From Tubiluchus corallicola (lineage: Eukaryota > Animalia > Priapulida): DNA of 64,000 nt. Each line of letters opens with the position of its first letter. The first letter of the stretch is position 1. The translations under genes and the position numbers were made by a program. The stretch is from the NCBI GenBank assembly GCA_030141605.1, contig JAQGDQ010000009.1, positions 1,488,001 through 1,552,000 of the forward strand, given 5' to 3'. Below are positions 42,601-62,333 of this stretch, piece by piece. The notes beneath the pieces are model-generated. The model saw only the letters and a program-made list of their open reading frames with translations. It was not told where the DNA came from and ran no database searches.

Positions 42601-44327
42601 ATAAGAAAGGGTACAACAGCCACATAGAGCCATTTGATGGAAAAGAATTAAAAGCAAAAATGCTGGGACCAAATACCACTTAAAGAAATGAGTGACTAAA
42701 TACCTCTTAAAGAAGTGAGAACTGGTGTCAGCTGTTGAAAGAAATACCTTCGTCTAGTTTGTAGTGAAAGTGGTGGTGCAAAGAGCACTTGCAATAAATT
42801 TTAACAATAGTGACAAAAAATTTTCTAGCACTTTCTGCTTTGACTTTCAAAACTATTGTATCTTTAGATAAATCTAAGGAAATGACCTAAAATTTCTGGT
42901 GTTTATACATAAACGTCGTAACTACCAATGGGATAAATTTATAAAGCAATTTCATGATTTCTTCTTGCAACATTGCGATCAAAACTTTGGCACACTTTTT
43001 GTGTCACCTTACATTACATTGCACTACATTTTCGCCAACGTGTCCTGCTGTCCATTTTAATGGCCAGTGATTATTCAGCAATTGCTAGGAAAATTTTTAC
43101 AAGGATTTTTTTGCGGAAAAGTTAACAACTGCAGTTAAAGTACGATTTTGGTGAAAACTGAAAATACTGTTAGTTTGGTTACTTACTTGCACTACCTAGT
43201 ATGGCAAGCAGTTCTCCTCCGTGCAGTTCACAAGTTATTCCATCGAGTATTCTGTTTATCCTCTTTTTTTTGCAACAGCAACAGCAAGTTGTTGTATGCA
43301 GTTCGGTAGTAACCTCCCTTAGCTGTAAGTGTGGGTACTGCGTAAGCATGGGTTCTGGTACTTCTCCGATATCAAATGTGTCATAGCGACCATACCTGTC
43401 CCAGATCCAATCATTCCTTGCATACATACGACCTATCGGCAATGGCATGACGCCTTTGGTGGGAGTTGTTGATCGTATCGCCCATTCGTGACGATAGTCA
43501 ACATGGTCTATCCCTCCATCAGGTTTTGAATGCATTGGTTCTGAATTTGATATTAGATTGGCAGTGCTGCGGTAATTTACTTCCGGAGAATCCCTTCGGT
43601 TGCTTCTTTGCCAGGCTTCTTGTCTATATTCATAGCGTTCGTCATTCCGATGTGCACCACCACGCCTTTTCTCTTCATTAAAACCCCCATATGCACTTTG
43701 CGTGAGGCGTTCTCCTGGACTATGCCTACCTTTATATTCTTCTGGTCTGTCTAAGAGATCATCTACGCTTCTGGATCGAGGGCGGGGTGAAGGTTGTGCC
43801 CGACGAGGATCATACGTCTGCGAGTGGGAAGTCATGCGGCTGTGCGATCGGACGTAATCACCACCATAGGTAACGTTTTCGGGATGACTCCGAGCTCTCC
43901 TCAAGTTCGTGTCATCAGGCTTGCCTTGCAGAACGTCCCAAGAATAAAATCTGTCTTTTGTCATTGTAGGTCGGGGAAGTCCAAAATTTATGAGCATATT
44001 TGCATCTACTACATCATCGGTTGTTACTGCTAGCTTAGAGTCGACTTTCTGGTGATAAATTAAAGTGGATACTGTGCTGGGATCTAACCGAAACTCCCCA
44101 TATGGATATGGCTTTGTTTTCTTGTTTCTCAATGCATAGTCCACGTAACCCGCATTGATATTCTGTCGGTAGATTGACCATTCGTGAAGGTCATCTGATT
44201 TGCCACGGAATCGACCAGTTGAATATTGACTTTCCACTTCCTTTAGTGGTATTGTAGTTTCATCAACTGAGGTGGACCTTCCAGGTGGCGGAGGGAGGTA
44301 ACGCTTATGGCCGTCAATGTGAATCAT
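36700..44327 (-). CDS. ABCG-family half transporter, ABCG5/ABCG8-like (invertebrate type with long N-terminal extension); degenerate NBD
   Basis: Exons 44327-43187, 41989-41751, 41193-41076, 40672-40520, 39942-39826, 39546-39363, 38946-38723, 38323-38247, 37875-37609 and 37044-36700. Walker A GELLAILGSAKSGKTS; Walker B/D-loop ILLLDEPTTGLD; YP.P.LTNPCDYYVDLVTID linker typical of ABCG5/8; C-terminal hydrophobic TM segments and a QWAY...NEF motif. Splice acceptor at 44338-44339 just upstream of the ATG. Confidence 0.88.
37335..37551. mobile_element. hAT-superfamily MITE in the last ABCG intron
   Basis: TIRs CAGGGCCGGATTAA / TTAATCTGGTCCTG, with an 8-bp TSD CTTGACTC / CTTGAATC (7 of 8 match). 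Confidence 0.8.
39004..39150 (+). mobile_element. Short LINE reverse-transcriptase scrap
   Basis: Translates VRYGIPQGSALIPFLFNTHI, resembling the RT GVPQGS.LGP.LF.IY motif. Confidence 0.5.
42255..43012. mobile_element. Tc1-like non-autonomous element, homologous to 55495-55838
   Basis: Shares GTGACTAAATA..AAAGAAGTGAGAA, AGAGCACTTGC and TGCGATCAAAACTTTGGCACA..TTTT..GT..CACCT with the 55.5-kb copy. The left end (GGTGCAGAAAAAAATGTGCC) is an inverted version of the right end. Confidence 0.6.
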
Positions 44328-45879
44328 GTTTGAATGTCTGAAATGAGTTCAGAAAATTGTTAATGAAATAGCTGTTAAGCACCGGCTGCTGAATACTTGT
44401 TTGACACATTAGCTACAAATTAGTCATGCATATTATCCTTATAACATTTTACAATGAGGTGAATTTATAATTGGGATAAGGTCATTACGTAGATTGAACT
44501 CTAATTTGCCATTATAATTGTAATTATTAATCTCTATTTTAATTAGCTAGCTAACTGCCGACCAATGACTGACAAATTTTTAAACTCCGAGCACTGATTG
44601 TATTAAACCAGTTTTCTTCATGTGATCAAGTGTCTACTCTGGGTATGATTATAATGTTATCAAGATGGAATAACGACGTATATGTGTGACACATACAGCC
44701 AGTGTGACAAAAAACATTACCTTTTTGCGTCGTACCAGTTTAAAGGTAAATACCAATTATGCAACTTGAGCAAAGCAGAATATTCTGCAGTTTTATCATT
44801 CAACTAATTTGAATAGAAGTATAAGGCAAGGTACAAGCCACATTAAAAAGCCTGTCTAAACATGACTAATTATGTAAATCCGTATTCGGCCTATTGAATA
44901 ATTTTGTGCAGCTCACATGTATTACACCTTACGATTGCCGTGACACCGAATCGCCTGTCTATCATGCCCTGTTTAACAATAAACGCACGCCCACAACAAT
45001 GTTAATAATTGTTCTATGTGAGGCCAACGAACCGTAATCCTTCAAATGACCACTAGTTACTGTGTGAAAATTACACGTTATAACATAAACATGCTACAGT
45101 TAACAATTCTATAATGTATCAGGATTTTATTATAATGTTTTTGCGACTTGTTATAATGGGCTGCAGATTGTTGACTGTATTATTTTTGCGGTGCTTCCTC
45201 TAGCTAAGTGATAGCAACTTATAACTGTAAAATTTTGTAATCATGAAAAACGGAAAACTGAAATACTACTAATAGTTTATCCCGTCCTTGCGGTTAAATA
45301 TTTGCAACTCCCGGATTTCTGTGAATAAAATTACAAGTTTAATAAAATTATGTTTTAATTAATCTATGTGAACCTGTTACTGTTAGGGATTGATCAGTCG
45401 TGCAATACATTCGTCAGCACGATCCAGGGAGTTAAAGTCCGACGAAGCCAAGATACCAGTCACGAGCGCTATTAAAATTCATCTTTCGTCTTCATTTTCG
45501 ACTCATGTTATCGCCTTTGTGAATATACAAGTTTTCAGTAAGGGCGTATTTAGTAAAGCCGTACACTCATGAGTCGAAAACGCATCGTATAAATTGTCCC
45601 TAAGATTATTATCATGGGTTTTGTAATACTAACTAATACAGCTTTTACAGGATTACAGCGCTTTTTAACGCCATTTGCTGTAATTTTGCGATATTAAAGT
45701 TATAATAAAAATAATGCCATAAACGTTACACGCTCATTCAAGTTCGCTCAACCTGGTAATTTGTATTTGGGATTTCAACGCATTTCCAGTCAATGCATAG
45801 TCTGTTTTATAATGTCACCAGTGCGGTCAGTACAGGCAGCACTCAGTAATGAAGCTAAGATAAGAATAGCTGAAGTTTG

Positions 45880-45940
45880 GCTTCGTAGTTAAGCAAGTAA
45901 GGCCTCGTTAGTAAATGGATAGATGACCGGTAAAAAACTG
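45880..45940 (+). mobile_element. 5S-rRNA-like SINE head fragment
   Basis: CGTAGTTAAGCAAGTAAGGCCTCGTTAGTAAATGGATAGATGACCG resembles 5S box A, intermediate element and box C. Confidence 0.55.
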
Positions 45941-48900
45941 CTACTATTTCATATTTAAAAAACTGGTTCATATTTTTAAGAAATGCTGAGCAAGTACAGA
46001 TTTCATCAGTGTAACTTTAACATAAAATCAAAAATCAAAAACGAAGAATGCCCGTATATTTCCACGAAAACGCCCTCAAAGCAAGAAAATACATCGATTG
46101 TTCGCGCTCTGCCCAGCCCCAGCTGAGATTCGTAAGCTTATGTAATGCAAATCGTCTTTTGTAATAGATCTATGTCTATTAGTAACGTTTTGTCGTGAAA
46201 ACGCACCTATTTTTAATCAGTATTACTTTGGCAACACGGTTTTGAAACCGAACTACTAATATTGATGGCGTCCCTGATTATTCGCACGAAAATGAGTGAC
46301 ACACTTTCCCGACAGTCTGACAGCTTTGTGTACCAAATTTTTTGCACGTGATCGCTTATTGCAGAGCTTTGTTTTCCATCGGGAAATTCTGGCAGTCTAA
46401 ACATACGACACTCACTCATAATGGGACCCCAATAGTCTAAACTGGGATCAAGAACTGTTGGTCGTGTAAAATCGTTTGAAAAATCTCCAGCGCGTGACAT
46501 GAACACGTTCATCTAAAATTCATTCAAGGCTGAATTTATTACCAGTGAAATTAAAATACTTGACTTTCTTTGTTACCTTAGATGTTACTTTTTCACACTC
46601 TTTTTAAGAGCAGGAATGAATGCACCAGCATGCAGTGTCCTAGAGCTTTAAATAATGAAATTGCTATGAATTACTATGGAGGAACTTGAGAGTCTCTTTA
46701 ATACTGGTTCTCAATTTAACAAAATTTGACAGAATCAGGTCTTGGTAGAATACCCACCCGACGGTAAACTAACCTCGAGAATAAGATAATTACAGTGACG
46801 TTCGTACGGAAAATATCAAGACTATTTATACATAATTTCCCGAGATTCAAATTTTGGCTGTAATTTAGAGTTTACACGATCTTTTTCTGTGTAACTTAAT
46901 AGGAATAATAGAAGATGCCTAAAAGGCAGATGACATTTATAAAAGGTAAACTTTGCGCAAAAACACGTAAAATAAAAATACCCGTTGTTGCTTTGCATGC
47001 TGGAAAACTTCTTGAAAATACATTATTTATATGATTTACCAATAAAAAAATCTGCCAGTGTTTAATTTCTCTACGCGGAATTTAGCTGTATGGCCCCAGG
47101 TAAATGTGAGTAATACATAAATTATGTATCTGAACAGTTTATCATTGGCGCTTTCAAATAACTCATATGACAGCCTACACGAAGGTGAAATGACTCGTAG
47201 AAGTTTTTTGAGGCTCTGCAAGTTAAGGCGTGGCAAAACCGATTTGGGAAACATACGTAGGTTAAACAGGTCAAAAGAAATAACAAACACGATCACCATA
47301 CTGATCGTACCATCACTGCATTCACCAGTGGCTTGCCACGTAGAAACCATCTGGCACTCAACGTATGTTTGCCTTTTTAGTTGTTAAACTGTACGAACAG
47401 GCTGTAGCACTCTAAACCAATTTCTGAATGAGAATTTACGATTTGGTCCTATATGTGCATTTATTTAAACTCTATAGCAAAATAGTGTTGCTTCTATTGT
47501 ACAACTGTCATGATCAAATAAACTTATTAATAATTTGGGCGTTCTCTGTTGGACCTAGACGCGTGTTGGATGTAGTGTATAATGCGCGTTTCTATAGATT
47601 AGCTTAACAATGTGGACATCTTACACAGGCCTATATAAATGGAGTCAAAGATTTTCAGTAAAACAGTTTTTCTGGTGAAGCCTAGCTAAGCCAACGAGTA
47701 CCATTGATATTCAGAAGTCCATGTAGTGCATAAAACTTCATAAATTTAGGTCTTTCTAAAGTATTTCATCTGGTGGACGGAGTTAAAACTTGTAAGTTTA
47801 TTACTAGATAAAGGACATTACAATCTCCAAGCGACCACGCACGTGTCTGCTCTATCCAGATAAAATGGGCAACGCAGCTTCCGGCACTCCTGAAAATGGG
47901 CTTGACAGTAGTAGTGCACCGTAAATAAAAGTTGTGCCTTTTACGCAAATCATAGTTTATTTATTTTAGCATTAAATTTTAGTTTATCGCTGTTGTTGCA
48001 TGACTATTTGATACAGTACAGTAAATACAAGTGATTGTTTTGATGACACGTTGTATTTATTTCCGCAGTGCTAGCCAGTGATTACACTGCATTGATGCAT
48101 AGCACCAGTATACTTAGCATCTCGTCATGCATACAACACCTACACTTGGGGCCATTTTTCTCAAAATTCTTAGCCTAATGATGAAAATTAATTAAATCAC
48201 TGAACATACCTGTGTTAAACGAACACTATTGCCACGTACATCACTTTTTTCTAGAACCTAAAATAAGCACATATGGTTACATGTTGGCAGTACATCATCG
48301 GCTTGACCCTCCTTGTAATATAACTTCAACGTGCTGTATAAAGTCAAACCGGATTTTTCGCATTGTTTGGTAAAGTTCAGGTGAGGCGTCTGGGAGAAGC
48401 GAGAGCTGGTGGTGGGTTGTCAGATTCGCACTGCTGCCCATGCCCTCAAGCTTTTGCGTTGCTAACTTTATACATCACTATCTGCGATCTACTAGATTTC
48501 CTAGCGATCCTGCATTGATTGACCAGGTCAGTGAATCGGCTTTAGTTACCACTGTTTTATAAACTGCTAAAATCTGGTGATGTGATTTTTTTTCTAAAAC
48601 ATTACTGTTAGGCCTTTAACACTTATTAGCATTATGTTTAGCTACCCTAACTAAAATTTGGCCCATAGTAAAAGTACAAAAGTGTGCATCTATTACTGGT
48701 TTACATTTACGGTTAAACCAATTCACTAGTGGTGAATTTCTTAGCTGATGGTGCAGCTTGCAGCCAGGGCCATTTAAGCAGAAGGAATCACATAAACCAA
48801 TTTTTTAGTAGTCACCCATCCGTTCACTTATTTGGGAATAACATTATTTAACTTTGTAGCGAGCACACACTCGACTATTCCTTCTCCCAAAAATCTAATG

Positions 48901-51900
48901 CTCTTGATACTCAATTTTTACTATTACTGGCCCTGTACAAGTCATCTAGCATTGTATAGGCAATTTATACCACCACTCGCCCAGCAGTCAAATTACTGCC
49001 ACCAAACATAGGCTGTTGAAAGGCAGTGCTATCTTATTAAAGACATTACGAACTGCAGCTGTATGAACATATTGGACGATGTCTAAAACATTGAAGTATG
49101 AGTCATAATGCTGGAGGCTGGAACAATGGAGAAAGTGTGACGTCAGTAGAACATAACTCACATTGAGCGATGTTTAGATTCTCGAGGGCAATTAGTTGGG
49201 AAGTGGTGCTGACAAGCCAGTGGCATAACAGTGTCTAGTTTTGTTGCTGGATTACTGCCGAGCTTACCCACTTAGGGGCAGATTTATTTTAGAATATTGC
49301 TGCCCAATGTCTACAATTGATGGGCATATGATTGTGGGACTGGTAATGGGCAACTTAAAAGTAAGCCAAAAAATATTGCTGGCTGTGACACGTTTTCTTC
49401 TGTTTGTTGATAGCATGGTAATTTACTGAAAAATCACATTAAGCAACAAGTTAACGTAATCATACTTTCCTTGTCTAGTTTTTGAAGCACGAAAGTATCG
49501 AGTCCAACTGTTTAAATAACATACACAGCAATGACAAAAGCTAACACGAAATTTACCACATAATAATCAGCTATATTCACAAGCAATAACAGTACAAGTT
49601 GTTCTATTTACAAACTGGAAAAATAAAAAAACGCCTCACATTATTTGTAGCTACAGTATCAAAAATCAACGTACGTATATGTTTTAGTTTATCGGAAAAT
49701 AACCTGAATGTAACTAAAATTACATAGAACACGTAGGGCCTACAAAACTATGGCATGCCTTCATTAGTTGGTTATGGATTAATATAGTTGCTATAGTTTT
49801 TAATCATAGGTGCTAATTAAACATAAAACAAGCTAACTTAATATAATGCAGATTGAAAAAGCTAAACAATCACAGAGCAGTACTAAAAAGCACTAGTAAG
49901 AACTTTAGTAAACATGAAAAAATACTACAATACATCTATGTATTTTGCACAAAACAGTCTAGCAGAGTTTATGTAAATCTAACAACACAGACTGCATGAA
50001 ACACAAAAAGACACCCAACAATATTTTCACATGTGCTGCATAGAATTCCTATTATAATGAACAATTTATTTTCAGACACATTTCTGAAACTTAAATAACA
50101 CAACGTGTGTTGTGCACAATTGTTTCTTAATGATCTTACTAACTTGGCGAAGTAAATTGTTGGGTAATGCAAGATGCAATCGATACAACATTAAATACAG
50201 TCGCAATTTGACTAGGAATGAAAAAAAACAAGTCATGCTTACAATTATTTTATCACACAGTGCATACTGCAGCCAGAAAGGAATATTGTTTTAATCCACC
50301 ATTTTAGACTTCTGTATCAAACAATACTTCAAAAATGGTAAAAATGATTTTAGATAAAAGCTCTGTCTTTTAATATTTAATCACTTGCTACACAAGAGTT
50401 ACAGCAGGTAACGAAGCTTGCACTTTTGGAATTCAGTAGAAATAAGTATGATTCACCTTAACGATAATTTACAACAAATTCATACAACTAAGAGGCAAGT
50501 TAATGTGCAAACTCCCTTCAGACTGAGTCTTGTATTTAATGTAACCAAGATTTCGGTTAATGAAATAAAACAAAAAATAATAATAACATAGGTAATGATT
50601 GCATTAGCATCTCAAATTGCTACTCAAACAGCAATAGCAAATATGTATAAATGCACGTTTATGTAAACCGTTCCTAGGTGGTGCTGCAAAACAAACGTGC
50701 CAGCAGACAACTCCCTTTATTCAACTAAATAATAGGAATTTAACTTGCATACTTTTGTACATGGAAATAACCTTCCATTTTGCAAAAATATTAGTAATCT
50801 TTAGTTTACTTTGTAAAAGGAACAAAAAATATGCAACAATAATCATCTAATATTGGATATTAATTATACTCAAATAAACTGAATCAGCAACTTATGACAT
50901 AAATAATCAATGACTGTAACATTGGGTTATACTAGCTAATAAAAACACCATCACAGCACAAAATATTCACAATATCTGAAACTGCTTTTTACAATCTTAA
51001 TGCTGTGTACATTAAGAAACACAAAAGGAACAAGTTGCATCAAGTGTGAAAATTAAAATTACATTTCAGTGAGAAAAGTATAACATAACGAGTCTTCGCT
51101 TGGTGTTTGCACTGCGTTCAAGCAGTATGCAATGTTAAGCGATATGTCGCTAAATGGAGCCTTGCTTTCCATATGTAACAATGTACATGGGTGGTGATGC
51201 ATTCAGATGGGAAAATGCTTATCTCATAAATCAGAATCTATAAGTTTATTGTTTACATCTATACATAGTTTATTTACTAATATGGAAAGTCATTATTTAT
51301 TTATTGTTTTGCATAACTATGAATAACATAACAAGTGCAAATTTTTTAGACCTCGCTATTTTGATTTAATGCTTGGTCATATTGGCTGCACTGCTGGAGC
51401 TTTGTACATGTCTGATGCTTTTTCTCTGGCATTTCGGTTTCAATATTATGGATTCTTTTTCTGTTTTACTACATAAAATTACTATGCAGTGTTGCTGTTA
51501 TGACAGGATCAATGCAGCTTTCAACCCATTAAGTACTTATAACATAGTAGGGCTAAATAACACTTTCACAATAGCCAGGAAATTGCCAGCAATATCTCAA
51601 AGTCATATGAACATGTGCCAGTTTACTATGAGTAAGGACAGCAAACATAGTGCATGTACCTTTGACTTCGGTTAGTAGTAGCATCTCTATAAAGCATCAA
51701 AACTACAAGAAAAAAATCTCAATGAAGTTAATATAAAAACTGCGTGGTTAAAATGAAAAAAATGGTTCAGAACTTCATCATCGTTAACATGAATCGTCGC
51801 TAAATGAGGAGTCGTTAAGCTAGGACTTACTTTAGTATTACTTTAGTGATTTTTATTATATTTTATACCACAAACAGCTCTCCTCTTCTTTTAAGCATTC

Positions 51901-52159
51901 AGTTCGGTCCAGAAATTAAAGTGTAGTATCCCAATTTAGTTTGGTTCAGATAAATTCAAGAATTATACGGATTGGTTTGGTAAATTTATGCTTCGGCTTA
52001 TCTCTATCCATAGAATGCTGTTAATCTACCGGCTATAACAATAACAGTTTGCAATTTTTTCCTGTCAAAAATATTAACAAATTAAGTGGCTAATGTGACT
52101 GTATGCCTAACATGTAGGTAGGAATATGGAAGTTATTTTACTAGCAGTATATGCATTTG

Positions 52160-59729
<7,570 letters not shown>

Positions 59730-60075
59730 TTAATACTTTTAGTGTTATAAACCTATGCAGTCACAGTATAATGCTGAACTCAATTCACATTAAAATAGCG
59801 ATGATATTAAACATTCAACAATGCAACTAAATTTTACATGTGCTATAAAACGTCCTCCATTGCAATTTTGTGGTTGGCGTATCTGCCGCCTAGTGCTAAA
59901 CAACGCAATTACATAGGTCAAGTTAGGTCATTCCGGGAGGTGTTTAATGTTGTTTCGTTTAACTTTCGTGGAATTTATTAATCATGGTGCTTTTATCTAA
60001 AATTTGTACTTGCAGTTCTGCTCTGAAATTCGCTGAGATTTTGACATGTCGAAGTGCTAAGCAGTAGCACAGAAA
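59730..60075. promoter_or_regulatory. Compact bidirectional promoter of RAB21/AKAP10 with CTCF-like motif (59883-59896, - strand GCACTAGGCGGCAG), DR4 AGGTCA-agtt-AGGTCA (59915-59930) and ETS-like TTCCGG (59931-59936)
   Basis: Divergent ATGs 346 bp apart; motifs read directly from the sequence. Splice-acceptor-like sites lie upstream of both ATGs (about 59753 on -, 60015 on +). Confidence 0.65.
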
Positions 60076-62333
60076 ATGCCACTTTTTAGAAGAACACCGA
60101 AATCTACTTCTGATGACTGTGCTAAACAAAATTCTCCAAAATCATCATCTCCCTTTTTTGGACAAAGACGAGCCAGGTAATGATGATTTCTTGTACTGGG
60201 TACTCACCACCTATCCTAGTTATGACACTAACAGAACTCAGCTTCACGTGAATAATTATTGATAGCTATAATGATAATGATGTTACAATTGCATGCACAT
60301 CTAAATACATTACAAGCTGGCCTAATCAGTCATTACCGTTTTAAAAGTAGTCATTCTTCTTTGTCTAGACACTTACGTGATTATTATGATTCAGATACAT
60401 TTTTTTAAATTTCGTAGAAAACAAAGAAATTTATTTGTTCATTTATTAATATTTGTACTACAATGTTGTTAAGATATTAAATTTGTTTCAAGTTATCTGT
60501 CTGTCTACTACTAACTTTTTGATATTTTGTTTTAGGTCACCGTTTCTCACTGGCACACTCAAGAAACATAGCAGCCAAACCTCATTATCTTCACAGTCTT
60601 CAGGTCAAGGCATTGGAAATGAATTTCCAGAAGGTGACATTGGCATTCCTGACAGCATTCTTGGTACTACTAAAGAAAAATGTGCCAGTGATTCAACAAC
60701 AACATTATTGATCGATTATCAGCTTGGTGATCTTGGGCAGATTGGTAGTAATCCGGCTGTGGAGCGGAAATCTCGCTTGTCAAAAAGTTTCATGGAAGTT
60801 TTATCTGATAAAAATGCTCTTGGTTATTTCATTCAGTTTATGCAGACTTGTAATGCTGGTCATTTAATTCAGTTCTGGTTGGATGCTGAGAGCTTTCAAG
60901 ACTCGACGTGCTTGCGAATGAGGGAACATTCCTTAGATACTCTTGCCAAAACAACACTTGGTCAGAGAAGTTTAATAGGAAAAAGTGATGGATCAGATAA
61001 TATTCAAAAGTCTGACATGGGTTGTCAAAGCAATAATTTAGACGCTGTTTTTACAGATGGAGGTGAGAGTGATAGCAGAGTACTTGAATGCAGGTCGTTT
61101 GATGCATCTCAGTCTGCTGCAGAAAAATTGAAAAGGTGCATTGATGAAGATGCAGTTAAAATATATTCCACATATCTTTCACAGGATGCCACTTGTGCAG
61201 TTGGGATAAGTGATGAACTGAGAAATGAAACAATTGCTAAAGTGTGCAGAGATGACAGTAAAATTGATCCATATTGTTTTGTTGCAGCTCAGGAATATGT
61301 GATAGGTATAATGGCCAGCCGACACTTTCCAAAATTTCAGTTAAGCGTTTACCACTGTAAGCATCAAATAGATGTACTGACAAGTGGTTTAGTTACTTTG
61401 GCAGATCTCTTATACAATGATGTGGCCTTATTTTATTTCATGGAATTTATTGAACAAGAGGAGGCTATGGTGTTGCTTGAATTTTGGATGGCTATTGATA
61501 ATTTTCACAGACATTTACAAGAGCATGAGAACATAGACAGTGCGCAAGCTCAAAACGATGCAATGGTACTATATGATAAATACTTCTCATTGCAAGCTAC
61601 TATGCCTCTAGGATTCAGTCAAAAAGTCAGGTTTGAAATCGAGTCAAATATCTGCAGAGAATCTGGGCCGTTGCCAAATTGTTTTGATACGCCTCTGCGG
61701 ATTGTTCTTCATACTTTAGAGCAGATGTATTTGCCACTGTTTTTGCAAAGTGAGATTTACTACCGATATTTGAGTGAAATTATAAGCACGATTCAGTTGA
61801 GCAGCACAAAAGAATCTATTATGCAACATAAAAGAACAGACAGTGAAGCGAGTAGTGAAGTAAGTGGAAATAGTGAACCAGGGCATCATACAACAAAGAA
61901 TACGCTACTCGCTATGGGTAAATTGCACAAAGATCAAGAAGCTGTCAGAAAGGTAATGCAAACTCTTGAGGGTGATTTTCACATTGATCCTACACTATTG
62001 AATCCTGATAATTTGTACAAAAGACGAAATGCTGGACAGCTTGCTGTAGGTTACATTGATGGGTTTGGAAGATATAAGACTGACTTTGAACCCGAACCTG
62101 ATTATAAAGAGAAAAGTTCTACAAAAATTACCAAAGCTGTCAAGAAATTTATTACAAATGTTGAAGACCAAGAAAAAGAAGAGATGGCTTTGAAAATTGC
62201 ACAAATGATTGTTAATGATATAACATCTGTTACATTAGGTAAAACTTCACAGCCTGTTCCAGACTTGCAATGTGAAAATAATTCACCCACACCTCACAAT
62301 AGTAACATAGCTCCACAACAAAAACTGACGTGA
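60076..62333 (+). CDS. AKAP10: A-kinase anchor protein 10 (D-AKAP2): tandem RGS domains and C-terminal PKA-binding helix
   Basis: Exons 60076-60176 and 60536-62333. KSRLSKSF.EVL.D..ALGYFIQFM...FWLDAESF; KHQIDVLTSG.VTLADLLYND.ALFYFMEF; QAQNDAMVLYDKYFSLQAT.PLGF...VRFEIESNICRE.GPLPNCF; PKA-anchoring helix EEMALKIAQMIVNDI. Confidence 0.95.

Noticed and set aside
45880-45940. Functional 5S rRNA gene
   Set aside because: Only a diverged internal-control-region segment is present, the 5' and 3' helices are absent, and it recurs as dispersed decayed copies, consistent with a SINE.
46213-46512. 99-aa minus-strand ORF upstream of the ABCG as an extra coding exon
   Set aside because: No recognisable homology or convincing donor site, and the ABCG has its own ATG right after the acceptor at 44338.
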